64,000 bases of DNA from Oligoflexus sp. GTDB taxonomy: Bacteria; Bdellovibrionota_B; Oligoflexia; Oligoflexales; Oligoflexaceae. Below, one piece after another: positions 1 to 9,011 of the stretch. A program made the translations under genes and the position numbers. The DNA lies in the NCBI GenBank assembly GCA_041736645.1, contig JBGSTF010000129.1, positions 49,466 through 113,465 of the forward strand. Reading direction: 5' to 3'. Position 1 is the stretch's first letter, and each line of letters opens with the position of its first letter. The notes beneath the pieces were generated by a model. It saw only the letters and a list, made by a program, of their open reading frames with translations, made no database searches and had not been told where the DNA came from.

Positions 1-10
1 CAACGAAAGG

Positions 11-1543
11 ATGGACCTTGCTCTCGGCGTTGCTAAGGTCGGTATCTGGGACTGGAATATTCAAAGTGACGCCTTGTACTGGAATAAGGAGCAAATTGAG
101 CTTTATGGCTTGACCAAAGCCACTGATCAAATCACTTATTCTGACTGGCAAAGCAGTGTTCATCCTGAAGATCTTGCGCGAGCCGAAGCAGGCTTGCAGG
201 ACGCTGTCAAGTCAGGTGGCTTGTTCAACGAAAAGTTTCGTATTATCAAAAACCAAGAGATTCGCTACGTACACGCATCAGCAAAGGTGTTTCAAGACTA
301 TTCAGGAAGGCCTGTGCGCATGATAGGGGTTAATTTTGATATTACCGACAGCACCTTGGCTGACTTGCATCTTGCTGAAGAGCGTCAGCTAAGTTTCCAC
401 AATTCCAAACTAGCATCTATAGGAGAATTGGCTGCTGGTGTTGGCCACGAAATCAATAACCCGCTCGCCATTATGATGGGTCATAACAAGAGTTTGCGGA
501 AAGTCTTGGAGACCCGAACGCAGCTTACGCCTGAGCTCAAGATCATACTCGATCAACAGGATGATGCTGGCAGGCGCATCAGGGACATCGTCAACGGCTT
601 ACGAACTTTTGCTCGGACGGATGCGGTTGTTCAGCCCTATTCAGTGTGTGAATTGACCGAAAATTTGCTCAGCCTCGTCAAAGAAATTTATGAAAAGGCC
701 GGGATTACTCTTTACTTCCAACGTCCACTTTCGGACTATTGGATAAACGTCAACTATGGCCAGATTCAGCAGGTTCTTATGAATCTCCTGTCGAACGCGA
801 AAGATGCGGTTGCGCTGCAAAATGCCAAACGAATTGAGCTTGAAATCAGTCGAAATGCCAATCAGGAAGTCGAAGTCAGCGTGACTGATACGGGAGCAGG
901 TATTAAACCTGCAGACCTAAGGCGAATATTTGAAACGTTCTACACCACCAAACCAGTAGGTCAAGGCACTGGCCTTGGGCTGTCGCTCTCCAAGAAAATT
1001 ATTGAGGATAATCACGGCAGAGTTGAAGTGCAGAGTGAATATGGGGTTGGCAGCTGTTTTAAAGTTATACTCCCTGAATTCATAGCAGCCAGTGTTGACC
1101 AAACTCTTCAACATGGAATCTCAACTTCGAACGATCATCCGAAGCTTCATGATTTCGAAGGATCTCGGGTGCTTTTGGTTGAAGATGAAGAGATCCTGAG
1201 ACAAATCGTTAAGGAATATCTCGAGGAGCTAGGTTGCAGAGTTGTCGATCTTGGGAGTGCGATTGAGGCCTTGGAACTGCTTCGCACAGAACCCTTTGAT
1301 TTTGTAGTCACCGACATGCAGATGCCAAAGATGAATGGCGCGGAATTCATCACGGCGATCAGAGACGTTCTTCATCTTAAGATCCCGTGTATACTCGCCT
1401 CGGGTGATCCGTCAGAAAATCTGATCAATTCCCTAAAAAGACACAATTCCCAACTTTTCAACGGCATTCTGCGTAAGCCGTTTGATATGAATGATGTAAA
1501 ACTTGCTTTGTCAGAAGCCAAGGAGAGCTCGCGTGTACATTGA
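11..1543 (+). CDS. PAS-domain hybrid sensor histidine kinase / response regulator. The HisKA H-box is HEINNPL, the HATPase_c G-box is TGAGIKP..GTGLGLS, and a C-terminal receiver has LLVEDEE..VVTDMQMPKMNG.
   Basis: The ORF has an AAAGGA ribosome-binding site (RBS) before the ATG at 11. Motifs run in the order PAS-like N-terminus, HisKA, HATPase, receiver. Confidence 0.85.
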   Translation: MDLALGVAKVGIWDWNIQSDALYWNKEQIELYGLTKATDQITYSDWQSSVHPEDLARAEAGLQDAVKSGGLFNEKFRIIKNQEIRYVHASAKVFQDYSGRPVRMIGVNFDITDSTLADLHLAEERQLSFHNSKLASIGELAAGVGHEINNPLAIMMGHNKSLRKVLETRTQLTPELKIILDQQDDAGRRIRDIVNGLRTFARTDAVVQPYSVCELTENLLSLVKEIYEKAGITLYFQRPLSDYWINVNYGQIQQVLMNLLSNAKDAVALQNAKRIELEISRNANQEVEVSVTDTGAGIKPADLRRIFETFYTTKPVGQGTGLGLSLSKKIIEDNHGRVEVQSEYGVGSCFKVILPEFIAASVDQTLQHGISTSNDHPKLHDFEGSRVLLVEDEEILRQIVKEYLEELGCRVVDLGSAIEALELLRTEPFDFVVTDMQMPKMNGAEFITAIRDVLHLKIPCILASGDPSENLINSLKRHNSQLFNGILRKPFDMNDVKLALSEAKESSRVH

Positions 1544-2165
1544 ACCAAACTCTCCACAGTGCGAGAAAATCCTGGAAACTCTTCGAGAGATAGAAGCTCA
1601 CTTACGAATCATAAGTCTGAGGTCGGAGCAAAAAGAGATCAAGGAGAGAAGCCTCAATCTGTTGAATCTGGTCGCCGGGCTACAAAACGAAATAGTTCCT
1701 CCGTCGATGGCGGGCGAAGCTTTTCGTCGTGCTCCAAGTTCGCTTTTCGGATTGGTCTATATCAGTCACTCCTTGGTCCCAGATGCAGAGATTGCTGAAA
1801 TTTGTGACAAGATATTTTCTAAGGCAGTCGTAAGAAATCATCAATTGGGTTTGACTGGCTATCTCATCTATAGCTCAGGTTATTTCGTGCAGTACCTGGA
1901 GGGTCCTCGGGAGAATCTGGAATATTTATACGGACGAATCGTGCTGAATCCTGCTCATGACAATACCAGAGTTCTTTTTAATGACTCAATTTCCTCTCGA
2001 TGCTTTGATACATGGTCGATGGGCTATGCGATAGCGAATCCAGCGGAGGAATCGAAGCTGAAAGAATTTATTCAAAGTAAACTCCTTGATCATTCTGGAC
2101 GATTGACACTGGCTGAAATGCTTGGTTTGATGCATTTTATCGATGTTTTTAGTTTGCAGCAATAA
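1533..2165 (+). CDS. BLUF-domain blue-light photoreceptor (FAD sensor). It is a short BLUF protein with an N-terminal coiled-coil extension.
   Basis: LVYISHS..GLTGYLIYSSGYFVQYLEGPRENLEYLYGRIVLNPAHDNTRVL..FDTWSMGY matches the AppA/BlrB BLUF pattern, with the conserved Tyr, Gln, Trp and Met present. The GTG at 1533 is preceded by AAGGAG (1521-1526) and overlaps the upstream stop. Confidence 0.8.
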   Translation: MYIEPNSPQCEKILETLREIEAHLRIISLRSEQKEIKERSLNLLNLVAGLQNEIVPPSMAGEAFRRAPSSLFGLVYISHSLVPDAEIAEICDKIFSKAVVRNHQLGLTGYLIYSSGYFVQYLEGPRENLEYLYGRIVLNPAHDNTRVLFNDSISSRCFDTWSMGYAIANPAEESKLKEFIQSKLLDHSGRLTLAEMLGLMHFIDVFSLQQ

Positions 2166-2288
2166 GCGGCACAGGGTATCAATAGATCCATCTTATGATC
2201 TGAGAATGGCAGCATTACGCCAGCTTCCTCGCTTTTTCATCGGCAATTCGCACCAGTGTGATCATAAAGTCTGTCGTTCTTTCACTCC

Positions 2289-4172
2289 TCAAGAAGCATT
2301 CTTGGTCGACGCACTGCTCTCTAGATCCTTGACAAACTCTTTAACCTGTCGTCTCAGAATTTTCCCAACAGGACTTTTGGGTAAGCTCTCGACGAAGACA
2401 ATCTTCGAGGGGCGCTTATAATTGGTCAAGCTGAGGCTAAGGAGTAGCATCAAGGAATCCTCTCTCAGGTTTGAATCCAAGGGCACAGCATACAGCACCA
2501 CCCGCTCGCCAGTTCTTGGGTCGGGTCTGCCGATAGCAGCACATTCCAAGAGAACACCTGTTTCCATGGCTCGTAACTCCACTTCACTGGGATAGACGCT
2601 GAATCCAGATACATCGATCATATCCTTTTTGCGATCGACAATTTCTATCAGTCCGTCCGGTCCTATGGTGGCAATATCTCCAGTATGCAGAAAGCCATCA
2701 TCGGACATGACCAAAGCTGTCTCCGCAGGGTTTTGATAGTAGCCGGTCATGAGCTGGGGACCTTTGGCCAAGACTTCGCCGCGAACTTCGGGGCCTTGGC
2801 CCAGAGGCAGATCATGGCCAAACTCGTCGCGAAGTTTTATGAGAGTTTCCGGCAAGGCAATGCCGCCAACCCCGGAGCGAGGGTCCAAGGGGTCCACCAG
2901 GGCCAGCATAGGACTGGCCTCGGTCAGGCCATAACCCTCGCCGATGCGCGTGCCGGTTTTTTCAAACCATTGGAGCGACACATCGGGCGAGGTCGCCATC
3001 CCACCCGCAACCACCGAAAAATCTGCTGGCAGTTCGAGCTTTTCGATGCGGGGATCGGTTAGCAGATTTTTAAACAGAGTATTGAGACCCGTGAGCATGA
3101 TCAGGTCTCTTCGGGCAAGCAGTTTGAACAGAGCATCCCGGTCTCGCGGATTGGGCAAGGTTACTGTACCTGAACCGCTTGCCGATGCAGTCAGCAGGCA
3201 GCACATCAGGCCATAGATATGATAGAAAGGCAAGGGATGGAGACACATCACATTCTTGGGTCCTGGCACATGCAAAAGGTCGATAGCTTTTTGCAGCATA
3301 GTCTTGGAGAAGCCAGCTTTGGACTGCAGCATATTGTAAGTGATAGCCGCATGGGTCAAGACCGCGCCTTTTGAAGTTCCTGTGGTGCCTCCGGTATACT
3401 GCAGAAACGCGATATCGTCCGCTTTAACCGTGCCCTCCAAAGCCCGCAATCGTTGCAGCATCGCCGCACTAGGCTTCTGCAGCAGACTGCGAAACGACCT
3501 GACCTGAATAGAAGCAGCGAAGCGAAACTTGGGAACCATCTTTTTTACATAATGGACGACGAAGTTGACCAACTGGCGCTTGCCTAAGGGCAGCATGTCC
3601 CCAAGCTCGGTGAGGATCACCTCTTTGAGCGAAGGGACCGAGGCCTCGGCTGGTTCCTTGGCGACATTGGTGATGATGAAGAGCAGCTTGGCTCCGGAGT
3701 CGTTGAGCTGGAACTCTATTTCTTTTCGCGTATAAAGAGGATTGCAGTTGACGACAACCATGCCTGCTTTATGAATGGCGAGCACAATGATGAGGTACTG
3801 GGAAAGGTTCGGCAGCATAATAGCAATCCGATCCCCGCGGTTCAAAAAAGATCGCGATAAAAGACCTGCGGCCACCTGGTCCGAAAGCATGTCGATCTCG
3901 GCAAAAGTCAGGCTCTGTCCGAGACATTCAAAAGCGATCTTATGGCTGGAAACCCGGATCCTTTGCCTCCACATTTTGAGAAGAGTCTCATGGCCCTGTA
4001 CATCGACTTTGGTGCTTCGACCTATTTTTTGCTGGGCCTTGATCCAAAAGTCCGCGACATCCTTGTCCGGCAGCCGAGTTAGTGCTGAAATTTCAGGCAC
4101 GATTGGTGTCTCCTTTGAGCTAAATAGGGCTGCGTGAAAGGGACGAGCAAAGCATCTCATGCTTGAATTCAT
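2289..4172 (-). CDS. long-chain-fatty-acid--CoA ligase (AMP-binding superfamily)
   Basis: AMP-binding motifs YTGGTTGTSKGAVLTH and GYGLTEASP are present, with a C-terminal KxxGK (PVGKILRR). Confidence 0.85.
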   Translation of the reverse strand: MNSSMRCFARPFHAALFSSKETPIVPEISALTRLPDKDVADFWIKAQQKIGRSTKVDVQGHETLLKMWRQRIRVSSHKIAFECLGQSLTFAEIDMLSDQVAAGLLSRSFLNRGDRIAIMLPNLSQYLIIVLAIHKAGMVVVNCNPLYTRKEIEFQLNDSGAKLLFIITNVAKEPAEASVPSLKEVILTELGDMLPLGKRQLVNFVVHYVKKMVPKFRFAASIQVRSFRSLLQKPSAAMLQRLRALEGTVKADDIAFLQYTGGTTGTSKGAVLTHAAITYNMLQSKAGFSKTMLQKAIDLLHVPGPKNVMCLHPLPFYHIYGLMCCLLTASASGSGTVTLPNPRDRDALFKLLARRDLIMLTGLNTLFKNLLTDPRIEKLELPADFSVVAGGMATSPDVSLQWFEKTGTRIGEGYGLTEASPMLALVDPLDPRSGVGGIALPETLIKLRDEFGHDLPLGQGPEVRGEVLAKGPQLMTGYYQNPAETALVMSDDGFLHTGDIATIGPDGLIEIVDRKKDMIDVSGFSVYPSEVELRAMETGVLLECAAIGRPDPRTGERVVLYAVPLDSNLREDSLMLLLSLSLTNYKRPSKIVFVESLPKSPVGKILRRQVKEFVKDLESSASTKNAS

Positions 4173-4304
4173 TTTCTAATAATATCATTAGGCTGGAATG
4201 AACTGAAGGGGCTAATTTTAAGAATGCAGCTACGGAGGCTGGTAGGGTGAGGCCCTTATAGGGGGCCTCATTGATCTTGTATAAAGTCGAGCAAGACTTG
4301 GGTT

Positions 4305-4895
4305 CTACTGCATATAAACGTTTGCTGGACGACTCGTAGGGCTACTATTGGGGGTGATTACGGTCTCGAAATCTTCCAAGACTCGCGAAAGTTCTTCCAA
4401 TAGATGGATTTTGGCTTTTTCTTCGTCAGCATGTCCCGAAAGTTCTTTAGTAAAAAAAGCCTGCTTTCTGCGACTTGTTTCGAGTTTTTTATCCAAGTAG
4501 TGCTTCATGTCTTGAAAACGTTCTTGCAGAACCGCTTGAGTGCGATTCTGCACCTGGAGATGATCGATCAATTGAGCAATTTTACCTTGTAAGATGATTT
4601 CAAAGTTCTGCGACGATTCTTCAATTGACTGGCATTCTAGGTGATATTCCTCGCCGGTCCATGAATTGAAGAAGTGCACAATCTTTCCTGGAATATCGAC
4701 CCGAATTTTCGAATCCCGTTTAAAGGCATCGAGCACATTTTTGAGGTCGAACGAACCTGATCCGGGAACTACAAGGTAGCCGTGACAATACCTCAACTCA
4801 TCTTCTGCAAATGCTAGGACATCACCCGAGTAGGCCAAAAGCCGAAGCTCTGCATCAGAAAAAAAGGAGCGAACGAGCAACGAAAAATCTTGCAT
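4305..4895 (-). CDS. hypothetical protein with a coiled-coil C-terminus
   Basis: The ORF is long and has no recognisable motif. The ATG at 4895 with a GGAGGAG RBS is preferred over the TTG at 4943, which has no RBS. Confidence 0.5.
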   Translation of the reverse strand: MQDFSLLVRSFFSDAELRLLAYSGDVLAFAEDELRYCHGYLVVPGSGSFDLKNVLDAFKRDSKIRVDIPGKIVHFFNSWTGEEYHLECQSIEESSQNFEIILQGKIAQLIDHLQVQNRTQAVLQERFQDMKHYLDKKLETSRRKQAFFTKELSGHADEEKAKIHLLEELSRVLEDFETVITPNSSPTSRPANVYMQ

Positions 4896-5004
4896 AACTT
4901 TCTTCTCCTCCAAAAGGTCCCAATGAAAAAAAGCCAGTTTCAAGGGGAAACTGGCTTTTGAATGATGCTTGTATCACTTACACATAGAGTTGCGGTCAGT
5001 ATCG

Positions 5005-5136
5005 TTAGCCCATAACCATCATCACAGCGGCCAGAGTCGCGGCCAACGACAGACTGATTATGAGCGCAGCCATAACGCTTTCCGTCATGACTTCGACGAT
5101 GTCGTGGTGCACATGGGTTTGATGGGTCGTTTTCAT
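5005..5136 (-). CDS. small 43-aa membrane peptide, His-rich at the N-terminus, followed by a single TM helix (MKTTHQTHVHHDIVEVMTESVMAALIISLSLAATLAAVMMVMG)
   Basis: It is too short for the ORF track. An AGGAAG RBS lies 6 nt before the ATG. Upstream there is a perfect TATAAT -10 box at 5150-5155 and TTGAGT at 5172-5177, 16 nt apart, all on the minus strand. Confidence 0.4.
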   Translation of the reverse strand: MKTTHQTHVHHDIVEVMTESVMAALIISLSLAATLAAVMMVMG

Positions 5137-5567
5137 TTTCTTCTTCCTTATTATAGAGTTTGCACTGGGCTACTCAATCCAGGCAATTTTGAATACAGTC
5201 AAGGAACACGACGAAGCTTTCGTCTTTTTCCTGCAGAGTCGGAATCTTTTTCTTTTCCCTGCATCAGCATCATCTGCTGACAGCTTCAATCTATGCTTTT
5301 TTCGCAATGAAGCAAGCAGAAGAAGAAATATTTTTTGCAAGTATTGATTGCTGGCCAGCCGGTTAATGCTGACAAAGGCGAAAGTGGAACAGCGAAGACG
5401 ATGAAACGAAAGGGATTTCAAGCGAGAAGAAAGGCTTTTGGCCGAAGATCCAACCTGGTAATTTTGAGGACGAATCCGTCCTCAAAATTCTGCAGATTGC
5501 ACAAAATTAGCCCTGAATGAGCGGCCAGTTAACGGCAGTGAAGCTCAAACCAAGACTGGCCCGAGAG

Positions 5568-6572
5568 TCAAACTTTCAAGACCATGCGGTAGCGAGCTTT
5601 GCCTGCGCGCACGCGATCGAGGGCTTGATTGATCTCGCTCATTGCCATCACTTCGGTTTTTGCCTGGATGCCATGCCGCGCTGCAAACTGTAGCATCTCC
5701 TGGATCTGATTGCGCGAGCCAGTTGGGTTGCCGCAGATTGAACGACGGCCTGCGATCAGGCCAAAGGCGGCAACATTAATCTGCGATTGAGGAACGCCGA
5801 CAAAACAAAGTTTGCCATCTGGTCTGAGCAGATTGAGATATGAGTTCCAGTCTAAATCAACGCCAACAGTGGACAGAATCATATCCAAAGAACTCGTCAT
5901 GCTCTTCATAGCTTCTGGATCTGAAGAGCTGACGAAATGATGAGCGCCAAAGGATCGAGCTTCTTCTTCCTTGTCCGAAGTCGAGGAAAAAGCAGTGACT
6001 TCACAGCCCCAAGCCCTGGCAAATTGCAAAGCCAGATGGCCAAGACCACCAATGCCAATCACGCTGATCTTCATGTTGGGTGTGATACCGAATACGCGCA
6101 GAGGCGCATAGACAGTGATTCCGCCACAGAGGAGGGGAGCCGCATTTTCTGAGCTCAAAGCCTCGGGAATAGGGAAAGCCCAGCGTCCATCGACCAGCAA
6201 GGCTTCACCAAAGCCACCTTCGCGACCGACGGCCGTCGCCACACTTCGGCTGCATAGATTGTCATCACCGCGGACACAGTATTCGCATTCCAAACAGGCT
6301 CCACTTGACCAGCCAATGCCAACTCTTTGGCCAATTTGCAGATGACGTACTGAAGACCCGAGTGCTTCGACCGTTCCGATCACTTCATGGCCGGCGACGA
6401 GGGGGTATTGGGAAAAGCCCCAATCGTTGTCAACCAGATGTACGTCACTATGACAAACTCCGCAGTGGCTGATTTTGACTTTGATTTCATGGCTGCTAAG
6501 TTCGCGGCTAGGGTAGGTATAAGGGGTTAATTTTGCGTGGGATTCCAGGGCTGCATAAGCTCGAATAGTCAT
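5568..6572 (-). CDS. Zn-dependent alcohol dehydrogenase, medium-chain dehydrogenase/reductase family (cinnamyl-alcohol/YahK-like)
   Basis: GHEVIG and the catalytic-Zn ligand C-H (CGVCHSD), the structural-Zn Cys cluster (CLECEYC..C) and the GxGxxG motif VIGIGGLG are all present. Confidence 0.85.
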   Translation of the reverse strand: MTIRAYAALESHAKLTPYTYPSRELSSHEIKVKISHCGVCHSDVHLVDNDWGFSQYPLVAGHEVIGTVEALGSSVRHLQIGQRVGIGWSSGACLECEYCVRGDDNLCSRSVATAVGREGGFGEALLVDGRWAFPIPEALSSENAAPLLCGGITVYAPLRVFGITPNMKISVIGIGGLGHLALQFARAWGCEVTAFSSTSDKEEEARSFGAHHFVSSSDPEAMKSMTSSLDMILSTVGVDLDWNSYLNLLRPDGKLCFVGVPQSQINVAAFGLIAGRRSICGNPTGSRNQIQEMLQFAARHGIQAKTEVMAMSEINQALDRVRAGKARYRMVLKV

Positions 6573-6647
6573 GACACTTGACTCCTATAGGATGAACGAA
6601 GGAGTCGAGTCTGCCACGAAATAATAAATTGTGCGAGATTTAATTGC

Positions 6648-8861
6648 TTAAGATGCGTTTTTGTGAAGGATGGGTGCTTTTTGGATGGCTTGCGATCGAC
6701 GCTTGTAGGTCTCGAGCAGTTTCCATTCCACGGCGGGAATGTCTTTCAATACCACATGCGGAATCAGATAACCTCGGCTATTTTCCAAGGCCTTCAGCTG
6801 CAATTCCAGCGGCGGATGATCGGTGATAACGTTATCTTCATAGCAGAATTGACCTGGCTTCAATTCCTCGGCGTATCCTTCACGGAACAGTGACAAAAGA
6901 CCGCTTTCCAAGATGAAGACGAAATGCCCGGTAAAGTGGGAAATAATCTGTTGATCTTTGATCTGTATTTCGTAGACAGACTTAGCGATCTTATTCAAAA
7001 GTGGCGACCACTTGATGGACTGAAAGAGTTCACTGCTTTGCAGCATGCGGCGGCGGCTGATGTTTTTACTGAAACTTTCTTTCAGATTGTAGCGCTCCAA
7101 GAAGGAATCAAAGATTCTTCGCGGTATTCGCAGAATCTCGGCAAAACTCTTGGAAATAAGCTGATTCAATGGGCAATCAGGATCATCACCGACCAGATAG
7201 CCGGCGACATACTCAAGCCCAAAGGGAACTTCACTTTTGGGAACGGCTACGATACCGCTCAGAACGAGGAAGATATCCTGGGCATGTCCCGGACTGCGAA
7301 CGAGAGCTGAACCGGGTTCCAGTGCTTCGATCGGTTGATTGAGCAGTTCGTAGAACGAACTGAAAGGAACTGTTGGGAAATAATGGTGCAGTGACCTAGC
7401 TGCAACTTCATGGCGATTGTCGATATGGCTTTTCACCAAATGATCGATTTGACCAAAAAGAGCTCTAGTTCCGATCGACAGCTGATTGGGGGTCAGCTCT
7501 TCGGCTGTATGGGCCAAAATAATCTTTTTGCTGCGATCCCCTTGGAAATCTTCAGCGTGGCCGTGGATCATGCCGCCGCCGATATCAATCTTCTTGAGAT
7601 CAGCTGGCTGGAGATAAAGGTCCTTGATCTTCTGGAAGTACTGCAGACTGATGCCGGGCTTTTGTGCGTCCGGCTCGATCATGCGTTGCAGAACGGAAAA
7701 TGAACAAATATCAGCCAGATGATGATAGGTGCGATGACCATTCTCGGTCACAGTCCGGAATTGGAAGGTATTAGTTTCCACCGGATGCGGCGAATAGCTC
7801 GGCAAGACTTCCAGGCCATCGATATTGTTCCATTGCTCAGCATCCAGATCGTGGATGGTAAAGAAGCGTTCCAAGACTGGAAATTTTACCGAAAGGAGAG
7901 CCTGCATCTTCTTATTTACAGAATGTCGGACCACGCTTGTGGAGTAGTATTCCAGCTTGCGATCGCCGAGCATTAATTCAGTTAAACCGGCGAAATGGTC
8001 ATCATGTCCATGGGTCTGGAAAATTCCACGAATGGAATTCAAACTCAGGCCTAAGGCTCGCAGCGTGTGGGTGATATGCGGGCCCGCATCGATGAGGTAA
8101 ACATCGGGACCATAGCATATGATACTTGCCATGGCAGGGCGATGAATATCCCAGCCGTCACCTTCACCGCTGTGAATGATCGAGAAGAATTCCGGCGAAA
8201 AACGCTGGAAGTTAAGCTTATAGGTTGGCTGATAGGCTTCATGTGTCGCAAGGTTCAAATCGAGATCGATCGTTTCCTGTTCCACACTGATTTTAAATTT
8301 GTTGATACCCGTGCGCACCACCATCACACCGCCGCCGATATCCAGGGGCGCGTCACCAAGATGTCGAGTGTCAAGCAGGTCATGGGTTGATTGAATTTTG
8401 CCAAAGGCAAAGCGCAACTTCAACCGCATCATTTCCGCAGCTTGTTCGCGGCCCATGCCCGCTTCCACAAGCTCATTCTCATCCAATAGACCATAGTTGC
8501 CGCGAAACACATAGTCCATCTGCGCTTTTATCTGTTCCTGGTTGCCGATCAGCACGGGTTTATCTTTCGAGTACCCGGGATGATTTGGAATCAGCATTCC
8601 CTGACGATAAAACATCTGCAAGATGGTAAATTCCGCGAGGTTCGCGAACTGTCCATTTTGGATGCCAAGGTCGGATAGGAGCAAACAGTTGGGGCCTGTT
8701 TCATGCAAGACTTGGCTGCCCGGATTGTTCCGGATCACCCCGTGCTTGATCAGGTGCTTCACACTGTCCGCCGGACAACCAGCCTGAAGAAAGATCTTCC
8801 TGCTGGGTACTGCGACCCAATAAAGCCCTGGTGCTATTTTTTTGTATTCTATCAAGCCCAT
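6648..8861 (-). CDS. 737-aa multidomain protein with a central metallo-beta-lactamase (MBL) fold hydrolase domain. The N-terminal ~215 aa and C-terminal ~260 aa are unassigned. The C-terminus is possibly a cNMP/CAP-effector-like beta-barrel, but this is weak.
   Basis: The classic HxHxDH motif (FQTHGHDDHFAGL) is present, with downstream His and Asp ligands. It is co-oriented 150 nt downstream of the hybrid kinase at 9012-11438. Confidence 0.7.
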   Translation of the reverse strand: MGLIEYKKIAPGLYWVAVPSRKIFLQAGCPADSVKHLIKHGVIRNNPGSQVLHETGPNCLLLSDLGIQNGQFANLAEFTILQMFYRQGMLIPNHPGYSKDKPVLIGNQEQIKAQMDYVFRGNYGLLDENELVEAGMGREQAAEMMRLKLRFAFGKIQSTHDLLDTRHLGDAPLDIGGGVMVVRTGINKFKISVEQETIDLDLNLATHEAYQPTYKLNFQRFSPEFFSIIHSGEGDGWDIHRPAMASIICYGPDVYLIDAGPHITHTLRALGLSLNSIRGIFQTHGHDDHFAGLTELMLGDRKLEYYSTSVVRHSVNKKMQALLSVKFPVLERFFTIHDLDAEQWNNIDGLEVLPSYSPHPVETNTFQFRTVTENGHRTYHHLADICSFSVLQRMIEPDAQKPGISLQYFQKIKDLYLQPADLKKIDIGGGMIHGHAEDFQGDRSKKIILAHTAEELTPNQLSIGTRALFGQIDHLVKSHIDNRHEVAARSLHHYFPTVPFSSFYELLNQPIEALEPGSALVRSPGHAQDIFLVLSGIVAVPKSEVPFGLEYVAGYLVGDDPDCPLNQLISKSFAEILRIPRRIFDSFLERYNLKESFSKNISRRRMLQSSELFQSIKWSPLLNKIAKSVYEIQIKDQQIISHFTGHFVFILESGLLSLFREGYAEELKPGQFCYEDNVITDHPPLELQLKALENSRGYLIPHVVLKDIPAVEWKLLETYKRRSQAIQKAPILHKNAS

Positions 8862-9011
8862 GAAACTCCAATCTCCATTCAGCCTATCGGTGCGACCTGT
8901 GGGGAGTTGAGGGGCAAGATTTTCCCCGTCACTTACCTTAAGGTCACAATCGTTCAGAACAGGCTATCTAAAACTCTTTCAAACTCCGCATTCTGCATTA
9001 ATTTCATTAAG

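Noticed and set aside
1503-1532. TTG start of the BLUF ORF at 1503
   Set aside because: The GTG at 1533 with AAGGAG at optimal spacing is far better and removes a 40-nt overlap.
2685-3216. plus-strand ORFs within the acyl-CoA ligase gene, and similar antisense ORFs inside the other large genes
   Set aside because: These are antisense reading-frame artefacts of long genes.
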